From positions 84 through 64,083 of the forward strand of contig CAYNJC010000025.1 of the NCBI GenBank assembly GCA_964397565.1: 64,000 bases of DNA. The letters are read 5' to 3'. The DNA is from an uncultured bacterium. Lineage in GTDB: Bacteria; Auribacterota; UBA3054; JAPLST01. The notes beneath the pieces are model-generated. The model was given only the letters and a program-made list of their open reading frames with translations, ran no database searches and was not told where the DNA came from. Each line of letters opens with the position of its first letter. Positions within the stretch are counted from its first letter, which is position 1. The translations under genes were made by a program, and so were the position numbers. Below are positions 28,251 to 37,217 of this stretch, in pieces.

Positions 28251-30896
28251 ATGGCCACTCCTGATTTCAGCCCGATGATGCGCCAGTATTTGGCGATCAA
28301 ACAGCAGCATCCGGACACGATCCTTCTGTTTCGGCTGGGTGATTTCTATGAAATGTTCTATGCCGACGCGATCGAGGCCGCCCGCCTGCTCAACCTGACG
28401 CTGACGCGCCGTGGCACGCAGAAGGGCGACGATGTCCCAATGTGCGGCGTGCCGTATCATGCCGCCGAAACGTATATCGGCCGCCTGCTGCGCCACAACA
28501 AGCGGATTGCCATTTGCGACCAGGTCGAAGATGCGCGCGCAGCCAAGGGCATTGTCAAACGGCAGGTCACGCGTGTCGTCACGCCCGGCACCACCTTTGA
28601 TGAACGCACGGTGCCGGTGACCGCCAATAATTATCTGGCCGGCATCTATGCACAGCGCAGCAAAGCTGGCGCGATCACGCGCCTCGGTATTGCCGTGCTG
28701 GACGTGACCACCGGCGCGTTCGAAGTCAGCGAAGTGGCGGACGCCGAGACCTTGCGGCAGGAACTGGTGCGCGTCCAGCCGCGCGAGCTGCTGGCGCCGG
28801 CCGACCTGCCGCTCGACGAGCTGCGCGCGCAGCCGGCTGTTGCCAACGCCTTGGTCATCACCCGCGATGCCCTCTTCTTTGATGACGGTCGCAATGTGCT
28901 GCTGAAGCATTTCGGCGTGTTGACCCTGGACGGCTTCGGCTGCGAGAAGATGACCTGCGCGGTCTGCGCGGCCGGCGCCGTCCTGCGTTATGTCCAGGAA
29001 AACCTGCCGGAGGCGAATCTGGCGCACATTCGCGCACTGCGCGTCTTTCAGCGCGAACAGCACATGTTGCTGGATGACGTCTCGCGCCGCAATCTCGAGC
29101 TGGTCCAATCGCTGCGCGATGGTGGCACGGACGGGACGCTCTTCGGCGTCTTGAACCACACGGCCACGGCCATGGGCGCGCGCCTGTTGCGCCAGTGGAT
29201 CATGACGCCCTTGCGCACGGTGCTGCCGATCGTGCAGCGCCAGGAAGTCATTGCCGCCTTGATGCGCGCACAACGCGTGGTGCCGCAATTGCAGCAGACG
29301 TTGAAGTCGGTCAGCGATATTGAACGCCTGACCAGCCGGCTCAGTACCGGCTACGGCACGCCGCGCGACTTGGCCGCCTTGCGCGACACGTTGCAGTGTC
29401 TGCCGCAGGTGCGCGCCGGCGTGCAGGAGGTGCTGAACGCCCGCGCACTGGACTCGCTGCCGGGCACGCCCGCCGCCGTGCATGACGACGCGCCGGACGA
29501 AAACGATCTGCTGGCCGCGCTGCTCACCGACCTGGCGGATGTGCCAGAGTTGTCTGCGACACTGGCCCGCGCACTGGTGGACGACCCGCCGCTCAAGCTG
29601 CAAGACGGCGGCATCATTCGCGCAGGCTACCACGCCGAACTCGATGAAACGCGCGCCCTGGCCCACAGCGGCAAGGATTGGGTTGCCAAGCTGCAGGTCG
29701 CCGAGGCGAACCGCACGGCCATCAAATCCCTCAAAGTCGGCTTCAATAAGGTTTTCGGCTATTACATCGAAGTGACCAAGCCAAATCTGCACTTGGTGCC
29801 CCCGGAATACATTCGCAAACAAACCATCGTCAATGGCGAACGCTTTGTCACACCGGAATTGAAGGAAATGGAGGCGCGCATTTTGCACGCCGACGAGCAC
29901 GCCAAGGAACTTGAATATGATTTGTTTCAACAATTGCGGTTGCTGATCGCCGCGCAGCATGAGGCCTTGCAGCGCAGCGCGCACGCCCTGGCGTTTCTGG
30001 ATGTCAGCCTGAATCTGGCCTGGCTCGCGTTGCAGCGCAATTATTGCCGCCCGCACATGACTGCGGATGACACGCTCGAGATTGTCGCCGGGCGGCATCC
30101 GGTCGTCGAGTGCCTGCTGCCCGAACGCCAGTTTGTGCCCAACGATGTCCGGCTCAACCCGCGCGACGCGCAGATCATGATTCTGACCGGGCCGAATATG
30201 GCCGGCAAGTCCACCTATATTCGCCAAGTTGCGTTGCTGACACTGATGGCCCAGATGGGCAGTTGTATTCCCGCCCAGGCTGCCACCCTCGGCGTGGTTG
30301 ACCGCATCTTCACGCGGGTCGGCGCCAGCGACGAGTTGACCCGCGGCCAGTCCACCTTCATGGTCGAAATGACCGAGACGGCCAATATTCTCAACAACGC
30401 CACGCCGCGCAGCTTGATCATTCTCGACGAGATCGGGCGCGGCACCTCGACCTATGACGGCTTGGCCATCGCCTGGTCGGTCGTCGAATATTTGTACCAC
30501 TGCGCGCCGGTGAAAGCCAAGACCCTGTTCGCCACGCATTACCACGAATTGCTGCAGCTCGAAGCGCAATTGCCGGGCGTGGTCAATTACAATGTCGCCG
30601 TGCGCGAATACCAGGACACCGTCGTCTTTCTGCACGAAATTGTGCGCGGTGGCAGCGACCGCAGCTACGGCATTCATGTCGCGCGCCTGGCCGGCCTGCC
30701 TGCGCCGGTCATCACTCGCGCCCACACCATCCTTGAGCATCTCGAGGCTACGCACCAGGAAAAAGCGCTTGCCACCGGCAGCATGCCGCCCACACCCGCT
30801 GCGCCCGCCACCACGCCTTCATCCGCCGCGCCGGACACCGTCGCCACACCCGCGTCAGCGCCTGCTGACGACCAGTTGCAATTATCCCTTTTTTGA
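28251..30896 (+). CDS. mutS: DNA mismatch repair protein MutS
   Basis: MMRQYLAIKQQHPDTILLFRLGDFYEMF and Walker A TGPNMAGKST. The ORF-track start at 28239 is TTG, so the first in-frame ATG at 28251 was used. Confidence 0.93.
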   Translation: MATPDFSPMMRQYLAIKQQHPDTILLFRLGDFYEMFYADAIEAARLLNLTLTRRGTQKGDDVPMCGVPYHAAETYIGRLLRHNKRIAICDQVEDARAAKGIVKRQVTRVVTPGTTFDERTVPVTANNYLAGIYAQRSKAGAITRLGIAVLDVTTGAFEVSEVADAETLRQELVRVQPRELLAPADLPLDELRAQPAVANALVITRDALFFDDGRNVLLKHFGVLTLDGFGCEKMTCAVCAAGAVLRYVQENLPEANLAHIRALRVFQREQHMLLDDVSRRNLELVQSLRDGGTDGTLFGVLNHTATAMGARLLRQWIMTPLRTVLPIVQRQEVIAALMRAQRVVPQLQQTLKSVSDIERLTSRLSTGYGTPRDLAALRDTLQCLPQVRAGVQEVLNARALDSLPGTPAAVHDDAPDENDLLAALLTDLADVPELSATLARALVDDPPLKLQDGGIIRAGYHAELDETRALAHSGKDWVAKLQVAEANRTAIKSLKVGFNKVFGYYIEVTKPNLHLVPPEYIRKQTIVNGERFVTPELKEMEARILHADEHAKELEYDLFQQLRLLIAAQHEALQRSAHALAFLDVSLNLAWLALQRNYCRPHMTADDTLEIVAGRHPVVECLLPERQFVPNDVRLNPRDAQIMILTGPNMAGKSTYIRQVALLTLMAQMGSCIPAQAATLGVVDRIFTRVGASDELTRGQSTFMVEMTETANILNNATPRSLIILDEIGRGTSTYDGLAIAWSVVEYLYHCAPVKAKTLFATHYHELLQLEAQLPGVVNYNVAVREYQDTVVFLHEIVRGGSDRSYGIHVARLAGLPAPVITRAHTILEHLEATHQEKALATGSMPPTPAAPATTPSSAAPDTVATPASAPADDQLQLSLF

Positions 30897-30902
30897 TATA
30901 AT
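30876..30902 (+). promoter_or_regulatory. Promoter TTGCAA-N15-(TGa)TATAAT, leaderless configuration
   Basis: Extended -10 with tataat at 30897-30902, overlapping the mutS stop codon. Only 7 nt to the ATG at 30910. The 15-nt spacer to the -35 box is short. Confidence 0.45.
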
Positions 30903-30909
30903 AGCCGCT

Positions 30910-32121
30910 ATGAAAACAACATTTCCTTTCTTCGCCATTTTGTGTGCCGCTGTCTGTCTGTCTGCGCAGGCGGATTCCGGCCCGACCCCCAGTGCGCTCG
31001 CCGCCTTGACCACGTCGCAGGTCTCGGTCGCCATGACCGCCTTGCCCGCGCCCGTGGAGCAAGACCTTTCGCGCGTCTTTGCCACCATCGATCAAGGCGC
31101 GGCGCTCCAGCCGGATGATCTTGACGATATCATCAATCTTGCCTGCGAGGCCTGTGAGGCGCCCAATGCCTTCCGCATGGCCGACCGCTGGAACGCGTCC
31201 GGCGCGGGCAATGCCGTGCACATCAGCAAGGATTTTCAGGAATTCCTGTCCATGCTTTTTGGCACCAACATTCCGATGTACACCCTGTATGCCGACATGC
31301 TGCGCTATGCCGCGCCACTCGACCAGGAGCGTTATCGCGAGGCCTTTGAGCGCTGCGTCACCGCACCGGCGCCAGCCGGCACCGTCCGCAGTGCTTCATT
31401 CCTGCGCTATGAGGAAACCACGCCCAATCCCGACGCCGGCTCGGCCTACACCTATACGTCCGCCTGCACGTTCATCCGCACCACTATCGCCGGCCATGAT
31501 GCCTTGATCTTCACCGCCCGCGTGCTGGCCCCGTCATCCATTGGCCTGCGCGGCGTCAATGTCGGCAATCCCTTGTATAACCTTTACTATTACAGCAACA
31601 AGACCGGCACCAATTTGCGCGGCCTGACCTGGGCCGATTCGCAAATTTATGTCACCCGCCTGCTCAGCGTCTTCGTCGATCTCGGCGACCAGCAGACCGC
31701 CCTGTTTTCCTGCACTTGGGTGCGCGCCGGTTGGAATGATTTCAATGTCGTCGCGGCTGACAGTATTTACCAAAGCTTGAGTCGCAGTTTGCAGCGCATG
31801 CGCCTGGTGCGCGAGTATCCGCGCGTGACCAGCGCGATGCTGGCCGCCTGCGCCGAACGCGTGCGCATCATGCCGCCAGCCGAAGTCACGGAAATGTTCA
31901 ATCGCTACTGCGCTTATGTCCGTTATTGCCAGTCGCATCAATCAACCAGTTGGGCGCCGTGGGTGCGCACGCCCTTGCTGACCCAGCTCTACGACCCGGC
32001 CACGCTCCGGCTCACCACGGAGTATCAGAAACGCGCCCTGATTTTGCAGGAATATGTGCGCATTATCGCCGGCCATCCCACCTGGTCGCACGAAGATAAC
32101 TTTCACACCGCGCGCGACTAG
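30910..32121 (+). CDS. Hypothetical secreted protein
   Basis: Signal peptide MKTTFPFFAILCAAVCLSAQA. The ORF-track start at 30592 lies inside mutS and was rejected. No family recognised. Confidence 0.65.
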   Translation: MKTTFPFFAILCAAVCLSAQADSGPTPSALAALTTSQVSVAMTALPAPVEQDLSRVFATIDQGAALQPDDLDDIINLACEACEAPNAFRMADRWNASGAGNAVHISKDFQEFLSMLFGTNIPMYTLYADMLRYAAPLDQERYREAFERCVTAPAPAGTVRSASFLRYEETTPNPDAGSAYTYTSACTFIRTTIAGHDALIFTARVLAPSSIGLRGVNVGNPLYNLYYYSNKTGTNLRGLTWADSQIYVTRLLSVFVDLGDQQTALFSCTWVRAGWNDFNVVAADSIYQSLSRSLQRMRLVREYPRVTSAMLAACAERVRIMPPAEVTEMFNRYCAYVRYCQSHQSTSWAPWVRTPLLTQLYDPATLRLTTEYQKRALILQEYVRIIAGHPTWSHEDNFHTARD

Positions 32122-32129
32122 TAGTAGTC

Positions 32130-33998
32130 ATGGGTTCCTCGGCGTTTCTTGCGCGCCTGCAGCACGGCCTTATTCTTGGCGACGGCGCGCTCGGCACCAT
32201 GTTCTACCATCGCGGCGTGTTCATCAATCGCTGCTACGATGAGCTGAATCTGTCGCAGCCGGCGGATGTCGAGGAGATCCACCGGGCCTACATCGCCGCC
32301 GGCGCCGAATTGATCGAGACCAATACGTTTGGCGCCAACGCCATCGCCCTTTCACGCCACGGCCTGGCCGAGAAAATGGCGCAGATCAACGAGCGTGGCG
32401 CCGCCATCGCCCGTGCCTGCGCCGCCGACACCGCCGTCCTCGTCGCCGGCAGTATTGGTCCCACCGGCCTGATCCTCGAACGCGATCTGCAGCACACCGC
32501 CGATCGCGTCCGCGACGCCTTTCTCACCCAGGCCCAAGCGCTTGTCGCCGGCGGCGTGGATGTCATCATTCTTGAGACCTTTTACTCGCTGGCCGAGTTG
32601 CTGCTCGCCCTCGACGTGATCAAGGCCGCCGTGCCCGTGCCGGTCATCGCCCAAGTCACGTTCGACCCACACAAGCAGGCCGAATACGACATGGCCGCGT
32701 CAACGCCGGCCGAGATTGCACGCACCTTGGCCGCGCATGGCGCCGATGTGGTCGGCACCAACTGCGGCGGCGGCCCGGCCGCGCTTCTGCATATTGTCGA
32801 GGAAATGGCGCGCGCCACGCCCACGCCCGTCAGCGTGTTTGCCAACGCCGGCGTGCCGGAAACGCACGGCGGCCGCTTGCTGTGTCTCGGCACTTCTTCC
32901 GAGTACATCGCCGAATATGCGCGCCGCTACGCGCAAGCCGGCGCGCGCGTGCTCGGCGGCTGCTGCGGCACGACGCCCGAGATGATCAAGGAAATGGCGA
33001 AGTTCTTGAAAGGTGTGACCGCCGCACAACGCTCGCGTGCATTTGTCGCCGGCGCCGCGTCAGCGGCCGCGCGCGCGCCGATCCCGCTCGCGCAACGCTC
33101 CGCCTTCGGCGCAAAATTGTGCGACCGCGCCCGCACGCGCCCGCTGGTCAGCGTTGAACTGTCCCCGCCGCTCGGCACCGACCCGGCCCGCTTGCTGCGC
33201 GGCGCCCAATTGCTCAAGGATGGCGGCGTCGACATCGTCAACATTCCCGATGGGCCGCGCGCCACACCGCGCATGAGCCCAATCGCCTCCGCGCGCTTGA
33301 TTCACGACACGGTTGGCCTCGAAACCCTGGTCCATTATTGCTGTCGCGACCGCAATCTGCTGGGCATGCAAATGGACCTGCTCGGCGCACACGCGCTCGG
33401 CATTCATCACGTGATGCTGATCACCGGCGACCCGCCCAAAATCGGCAACGTCCAAGCTGCCACGCCGGTCTTTGATGTTGACGCAATCGGCTTGATCAAA
33501 ATGGTCAACAACATGAATCGCGGCATCGGCTTGGCCAACACTGATCTGGGCGGCCAGACCCAGTTCGTCATCGGCGCGGGCTGCAATCCCGGCGCGATTG
33601 ATCTCGCGCACGAAGCGCAGCGCTTCGCCCTTAAAGCCGAAGCCGGCGCCGAATTCTTTTTCTGCCAGCCGGTGTATTTGCCGGAATTGCTCGACCGCTT
33701 TCTTGACCTGACCAGAGACCACGCAGCGCTCCCCTTCTTCGTCGGCATCTTGCCGCTGGCCAGCTTGCGCAACGCCGAGTTTTTGCACAACGAGGTGCCC
33801 GGCATGCAGATTCCGGCCGACATCATGGCGCGCCTGCGCGCCGCGCGCTCCAAGGAAGACCAACAGCGCGAAGGCATCCGCATCGCGCAGGACATGCTGC
33901 GCCAGGCCTTGCGCCATCCGCGCGTCACCGGCATCTATCTGTTTCCGCCGTTCGGTCGCTACGAGAGCGCGCTGGAAGTCCTCGCCGCCCTGCCGTAA
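32130..33998 (+). CDS. Bifunctional homocysteine S-methyltransferase-domain / 5,10-methylenetetrahydrofolate reductase protein
   Basis: N-terminal Hcy-binding domain (LILGDGALGTMFY ... GGCCGTTPE) fused to an MTHFR domain (VSVELSPP ... ITGDPP ... FFCQPVY). Confidence 0.82.
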   Translation: MGSSAFLARLQHGLILGDGALGTMFYHRGVFINRCYDELNLSQPADVEEIHRAYIAAGAELIETNTFGANAIALSRHGLAEKMAQINERGAAIARACAADTAVLVAGSIGPTGLILERDLQHTADRVRDAFLTQAQALVAGGVDVIILETFYSLAELLLALDVIKAAVPVPVIAQVTFDPHKQAEYDMAASTPAEIARTLAAHGADVVGTNCGGGPAALLHIVEEMARATPTPVSVFANAGVPETHGGRLLCLGTSSEYIAEYARRYAQAGARVLGGCCGTTPEMIKEMAKFLKGVTAAQRSRAFVAGAASAAARAPIPLAQRSAFGAKLCDRARTRPLVSVELSPPLGTDPARLLRGAQLLKDGGVDIVNIPDGPRATPRMSPIASARLIHDTVGLETLVHYCCRDRNLLGMQMDLLGAHALGIHHVMLITGDPPKIGNVQAATPVFDVDAIGLIKMVNNMNRGIGLANTDLGGQTQFVIGAGCNPGAIDLAHEAQRFALKAEAGAEFFFCQPVYLPELLDRFLDLTRDHAALPFFVGILPLASLRNAEFLHNEVPGMQIPADIMARLRAARSKEDQQREGIRIAQDMLRQALRHPRVTGIYLFPPFGRYESALEVLAALP

Positions 33999-34018
33999 CG
34001 TCCGTATTCGACATGAGG

Positions 34019-34043
34019 AAATTCGTTCGCGGCGAACGAATTT
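34019..34043. repeat. Palindromic hairpin repeat AAATTCGTTCGCGGCGAACGAATTT (family 2)
   Basis: Perfect 11-nt arms around GGC. Lies between two convergent genes and overlaps the lipoprotein gene's stop codon. Confidence 0.85.
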
Positions 34044-34626
34044 ACGGCATGGTCAATTTTTCCAGCGCCTCTTGAAACGCGCTGTTGAGACACGCATTCA
34101 ACATTTCGTCGTCGCTGATGCGTCCTTTGTCATCGTTCGCGCGCTCCTTGCTTACTTGCGCGTCCAGCGACTGCGTCTTGATTATCTTGCTTGACAGCCG
34201 GTCACGCACGGCCACGCGCATCTCGACATACGCGCGAAATTCATCATCCCAAATCCACTCATATTGCTTGACCACTTCGAGGCGCGTAATGTCACACTGG
34301 ATATAATAATCGGCTTGATCCGGATTGGCCACGACAATCTGCCGGTGACGCGCGAGGAATTGGCGCCATTGCCCGATGGCCCATGTCCGCAGGTCGCTCT
34401 CGGTCTTGATCCGCGCCCAGAAGTCGCCCGCCAAGGTCCGCCGAATGCCGATATTGTTGTCCTTCGTCAGCGGCAGCACCAGGCGATCCAGATACAGTTT
34501 CTTGCCCTGACTATTGAACAGCGCCATTTTCTTGACCGGTACCTGCACCGAGCGCACCTGCATGGTGCTGCTGCATGCAACCAGCAGCGCGCTCAGCGCC
34601 AGCGCACACGCATAGGTCGTTCTCAT
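34042..34626 (-). CDS. Hypothetical lipoprotein
   Basis: MRTTYACALALSALLVACSS lipobox. Internal ATG at 34626 chosen. Confidence 0.7.
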   Translation of the reverse strand: MRTTYACALALSALLVACSSTMQVRSVQVPVKKMALFNSQGKKLYLDRLVLPLTKDNNIGIRRTLAGDFWARIKTESDLRTWAIGQWRQFLARHRQIVVANPDQADYYIQCDITRLEVVKQYEWIWDDEFRAYVEMRVAVRDRLSSKIIKTQSLDAQVSKERANDDKGRISDDEMLNACLNSAFQEALEKLTMP

Positions 34627-34632
34627 GCCGAA

Positions 34633-34662
34633 AGTATAGCACGATCCCGGCCTGCTTGTCAA
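34633..34662 (-). promoter_or_regulatory. Sigma70-type promoter TTGACA-N18-(TGc)TATACT, leaderless configuration
   Basis: On the minus strand: ttgaca (34662-34657), tatact (34638-34633), then 6 nt to the ATG at 34626. Confidence 0.6.
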
Positions 34663-34669
34663 TCAGCGC

Positions 34670-34699
34670 TTGACAGCCGTTCCCCGAACACGGTACAAT
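34670..34699 (+). promoter_or_regulatory. Sigma70-type promoter TTGACA-N18-TACAAT
   Basis: ttgaca at 34670-34675 and tacaat at 34694-34699. Divergent from the lipoprotein promoter and upstream of the NYN gene. Confidence 0.55.
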
Positions 34700-34740
34700 T
34701 GTGAGCAACCTCGTAACAAGATTTCAGACGCAGGCTACTT

Positions 34741-35478
34741 ATGAATGAGCAAACAACCCAGAAAATCCTCGCCGTCCTCATCGACGCGGACAATACCACA
34801 CCCACGATCGTCAACGCGCTCTTCGCCGAGATCGCCAAGTACGGCGTGGCCACCGTCAAGCGCATTTATGGCGACTGGACCAATCCCCATCTGAAAGGCT
34901 GGCAGAAAGTCCTGTTTGACTATGCCATCCATCCCGTGCAGCAGTTCAGCTATGCCAAGGGCAAGAACGCCACCGACTGCGCGCTGATCATTGACGCGAT
35001 GGATTTGTTGTACACCAACCGCTTCGAGGGCTTCTGCATTGTGGCCAGCGACAGCGACTACACCCGGCTCGTCTCACGCATTCGCGAGCAGGGCTTGTTG
35101 GTCTATGGCTTTGGCGAAAAGCAATCGCCCTTGCCGCTGGTCAATGCCTGCGACAAATTCATTTACACGGAAATTCTGCGCGAAGGCGCGCGCGAGGAGC
35201 GCGAGAAACCAGCGGACGAGAAATCGCTGCGCCGCGACACCAAGCTCATGCAAGTGCTGCGCGACGCGGCCGAAGCCGTCGCCGATGACGACGGCTGGGC
35301 CTACCTCGGCAGCATCGGCAATCAGATTCTCAAGCAAAGCCCGGCCTTTGATCCGCGCAACTACGGCTACGGCAAACTGCTGAGCTTGTGCCGCGCCACC
35401 GCTTTGTTCGAAATGCGCGAGCGCGCCGTCGAGGGCAGTCCCAGTCAGAAGGCATGGTACATTCGCTGTCGGCCGTAG
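34741..35478 (+). CDS. NYN (LabA-like) nuclease domain protein with C-terminal OST-HTH/LOTUS domain
   Basis: AVLIDADN ... IYGDW ... KNATDCALIIDAMD ... FCIVASDSDYTRLVSRIRE is a NYN-type pattern. The C-terminal ~70 aa (GWAYLGSIGNQILKQSPAFDPRNYGY) resembles OST-HTH. Confidence 0.8.
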   Translation: MNEQTTQKILAVLIDADNTTPTIVNALFAEIAKYGVATVKRIYGDWTNPHLKGWQKVLFDYAIHPVQQFSYAKGKNATDCALIIDAMDLLYTNRFEGFCIVASDSDYTRLVSRIREQGLLVYGFGEKQSPLPLVNACDKFIYTEILREGAREEREKPADEKSLRRDTKLMQVLRDAAEAVADDDGWAYLGSIGNQILKQSPAFDPRNYGYGKLLSLCRATALFEMRERAVEGSPSQKAWYIRCRP

Positions 35479-35510
35479 TCGCTGCCGCTGCCGCTCCCAC
35501 TTTACTACTA

Positions 35511-35624
35511 CTGAAAACCGAAAATCCCGCCGTTGGCGGGACTCCAAGCAGCCGAAAATCCCGCTGCTGGCGGGACGCCACGCAGCTGCAAACTGAAAAC
35601 AACTGCGCCGGCGCCATGCAGTTG
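35511..35624. repeat. Mosaic intergenic repeat (CTGAAAACCGAAAATCCCGCC-N4-GGCGGGACTCCAAGCAG ... CATGCAGTTG)
   Basis: Closely related copy at 52621-52719. Contains two CCCGC-N-GCGGGA hairpins. Confidence 0.75.
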
Positions 35625-35752
35625 ACTTTGCCGCGCCAGAAGCGTACCATGTTCTGCACGTCACGGCCGCTGACCGGCGGCTGGGTGGCGGGATTGCATC
35701 TCCCGCCCCGTGACAGTATCACCCACACGCGGCGCGCGCGCCGAGAGTACTC

Positions 35753-37093
35753 ATGAGCATATTAGCACAGGTGGTCAAGCGCAGTGGCGCCGTCGTTCCG
35801 TTTAGCCGCGACAGAATCATGAATGCCATTTACCGCGCGGCCGTCGCGGTGGGCGGCCGCAATCGCGACAAGGCCGGCCAGATTGCCGATCAAGTCGTGC
35901 AACGTCTTGAAGAGACCTGCCCGGCCGGGCATATCCCGCACATTGAGGAGATTCAGGATATTGTTGAAAAAACGCTGATCGAGAATGGGCATGCCAAGGT
36001 TGCCAAAGAATACATCTTGTACCGCGCCGAACGAAAACGTCGGCGGCAAAAAGACAAACGCTTTTCTTCGCGCCCGTCGGACAATATTCCCTGGTCCAAG
36101 ATCTGGCATGTGCTCGATTGGGCCGTCGATCATAATCTGCATACCATCGCCGCGCTCAACACGCGTCTGGTCAAGGGTGAGTTTGCCCAAATTGTGCAGG
36201 AGTCGGAAAGCGCATATGAAGAGGATCTGGACACGGTGGCCGATGCCATTGCCGAGCGGCAGCGCGAGCTCAAAATGGTCATGATCTGCGGCCCGTCCTC
36301 CTCCGGCAAGACAACCACGACCATCAAACTTGAGCAGCGCTTGCAGCGCATGGGCTTGAAGTTCACGGCCTTGAATGTTGACAATTATTTCTTTAACCTG
36401 GACGTGCATCCCAAGGATGAATTTGGCGATTACGATTTCGAGACGCCGCAGGCGCTGGATTTGGCGCTGATTAACGAGCACCTTGAACAGTTGAGCGACG
36501 GCAAGGAAGTCGCCATTCCTTTTTATAACTTCAAGACCGGGGTGCGCCAGCTGAATCACACGCCCATGCAGCTGGCCGACAAGGCCATTCTCCTGATTGA
36601 CAGTCTGCATGGCTTGTATCCGCCCATGAGCGAAAGCATTTCCAGCGAGAAGAAATTCAAACTCTATCTTGAACCGCTGCTGCAGATCAAGAGTGCCGAT
36701 GGCCATTATGTGCGCTGGACCGACATTCGCATGATCCGGCGGATGTTGCGCGATTCGGTGCAACGCTCCTATAACCCGCAGCAAACCCTGGAGCATTGGC
36801 ACTATGTCCGCACCAGTGAACTGCGCAACATTATCCCCTACAGCAACGCCGCCGACTACATTATCAACAGTGCCATGCCCTATGAACTGGCTCTGTATCG
36901 CGCCCGCATGCTGGAGTTGTTCGCCACCTGGGAACAGGAATATCGCGGCAACCAGCTGCGCGAAGATGCCTATCGCCGCGCGGCCCGCATCCATGCCGTC
37001 CTGAAGAGTGTGGAACCGGTGGCCGACGATGCGGCCGTGCCGGCTGACTCGGTGCTGCGCGAGTTTATCGGCGGGAGCTGTCTGCACTATTGA
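35753..37093 (+). CDS. ATP-cone domain / P-loop nucleoside-kinase-like (Udk/PRK family) fusion protein
   Basis: N-terminal ATP-cone (VVKRSGAVVPFSRDRIMNAIYRA). Walker A ICGPSSSGKTTTT followed by a uridine-kinase-like region. Confidence 0.7.
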   Translation: MSILAQVVKRSGAVVPFSRDRIMNAIYRAAVAVGGRNRDKAGQIADQVVQRLEETCPAGHIPHIEEIQDIVEKTLIENGHAKVAKEYILYRAERKRRRQKDKRFSSRPSDNIPWSKIWHVLDWAVDHNLHTIAALNTRLVKGEFAQIVQESESAYEEDLDTVADAIAERQRELKMVMICGPSSSGKTTTTIKLEQRLQRMGLKFTALNVDNYFFNLDVHPKDEFGDYDFETPQALDLALINEHLEQLSDGKEVAIPFYNFKTGVRQLNHTPMQLADKAILLIDSLHGLYPPMSESISSEKKFKLYLEPLLQIKSADGHYVRWTDIRMIRRMLRDSVQRSYNPQQTLEHWHYVRTSELRNIIPYSNAADYIINSAMPYELALYRARMLELFATWEQEYRGNQLREDAYRRAARIHAVLKSVEPVADDAAVPADSVLREFIGGSCLHY

Positions 37094-37217
37094 GCCGTGC
37101 CGTTAGTCTCTTGCGCCACGGAGTACATTGAAGGCCGAACCAGCGCCTTCAGTGTACCATTTTCCCGCGGCGAGCACAACGGAAATGCAGCGTAACGCGC
37201 TGACACAGGAGACGACA

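Noticed and set aside
30592-30909. N-terminal extensions of ORFs that overlap preceding genes. Examples: 30592 start inside mutS, 8885 inside the CorC-like gene, 7014 inside plsY, 13155, 37128, 43706, 46724.
   Set aside because: The extensions have no signal or domain features. The internal ATGs are followed by signal peptides or conserved N-termini and fit promoters or Shine-Dalgarno sites.
37123-37160. 13-bp-stem hairpin (gtacattgaaggc ... gccttcagtgtac) upstream of the permease gene as a possible riboswitch or terminator.
   Set aside because: No U-tract follows, and I recognise no conserved riboswitch core. It is left as an unexplained hairpin.
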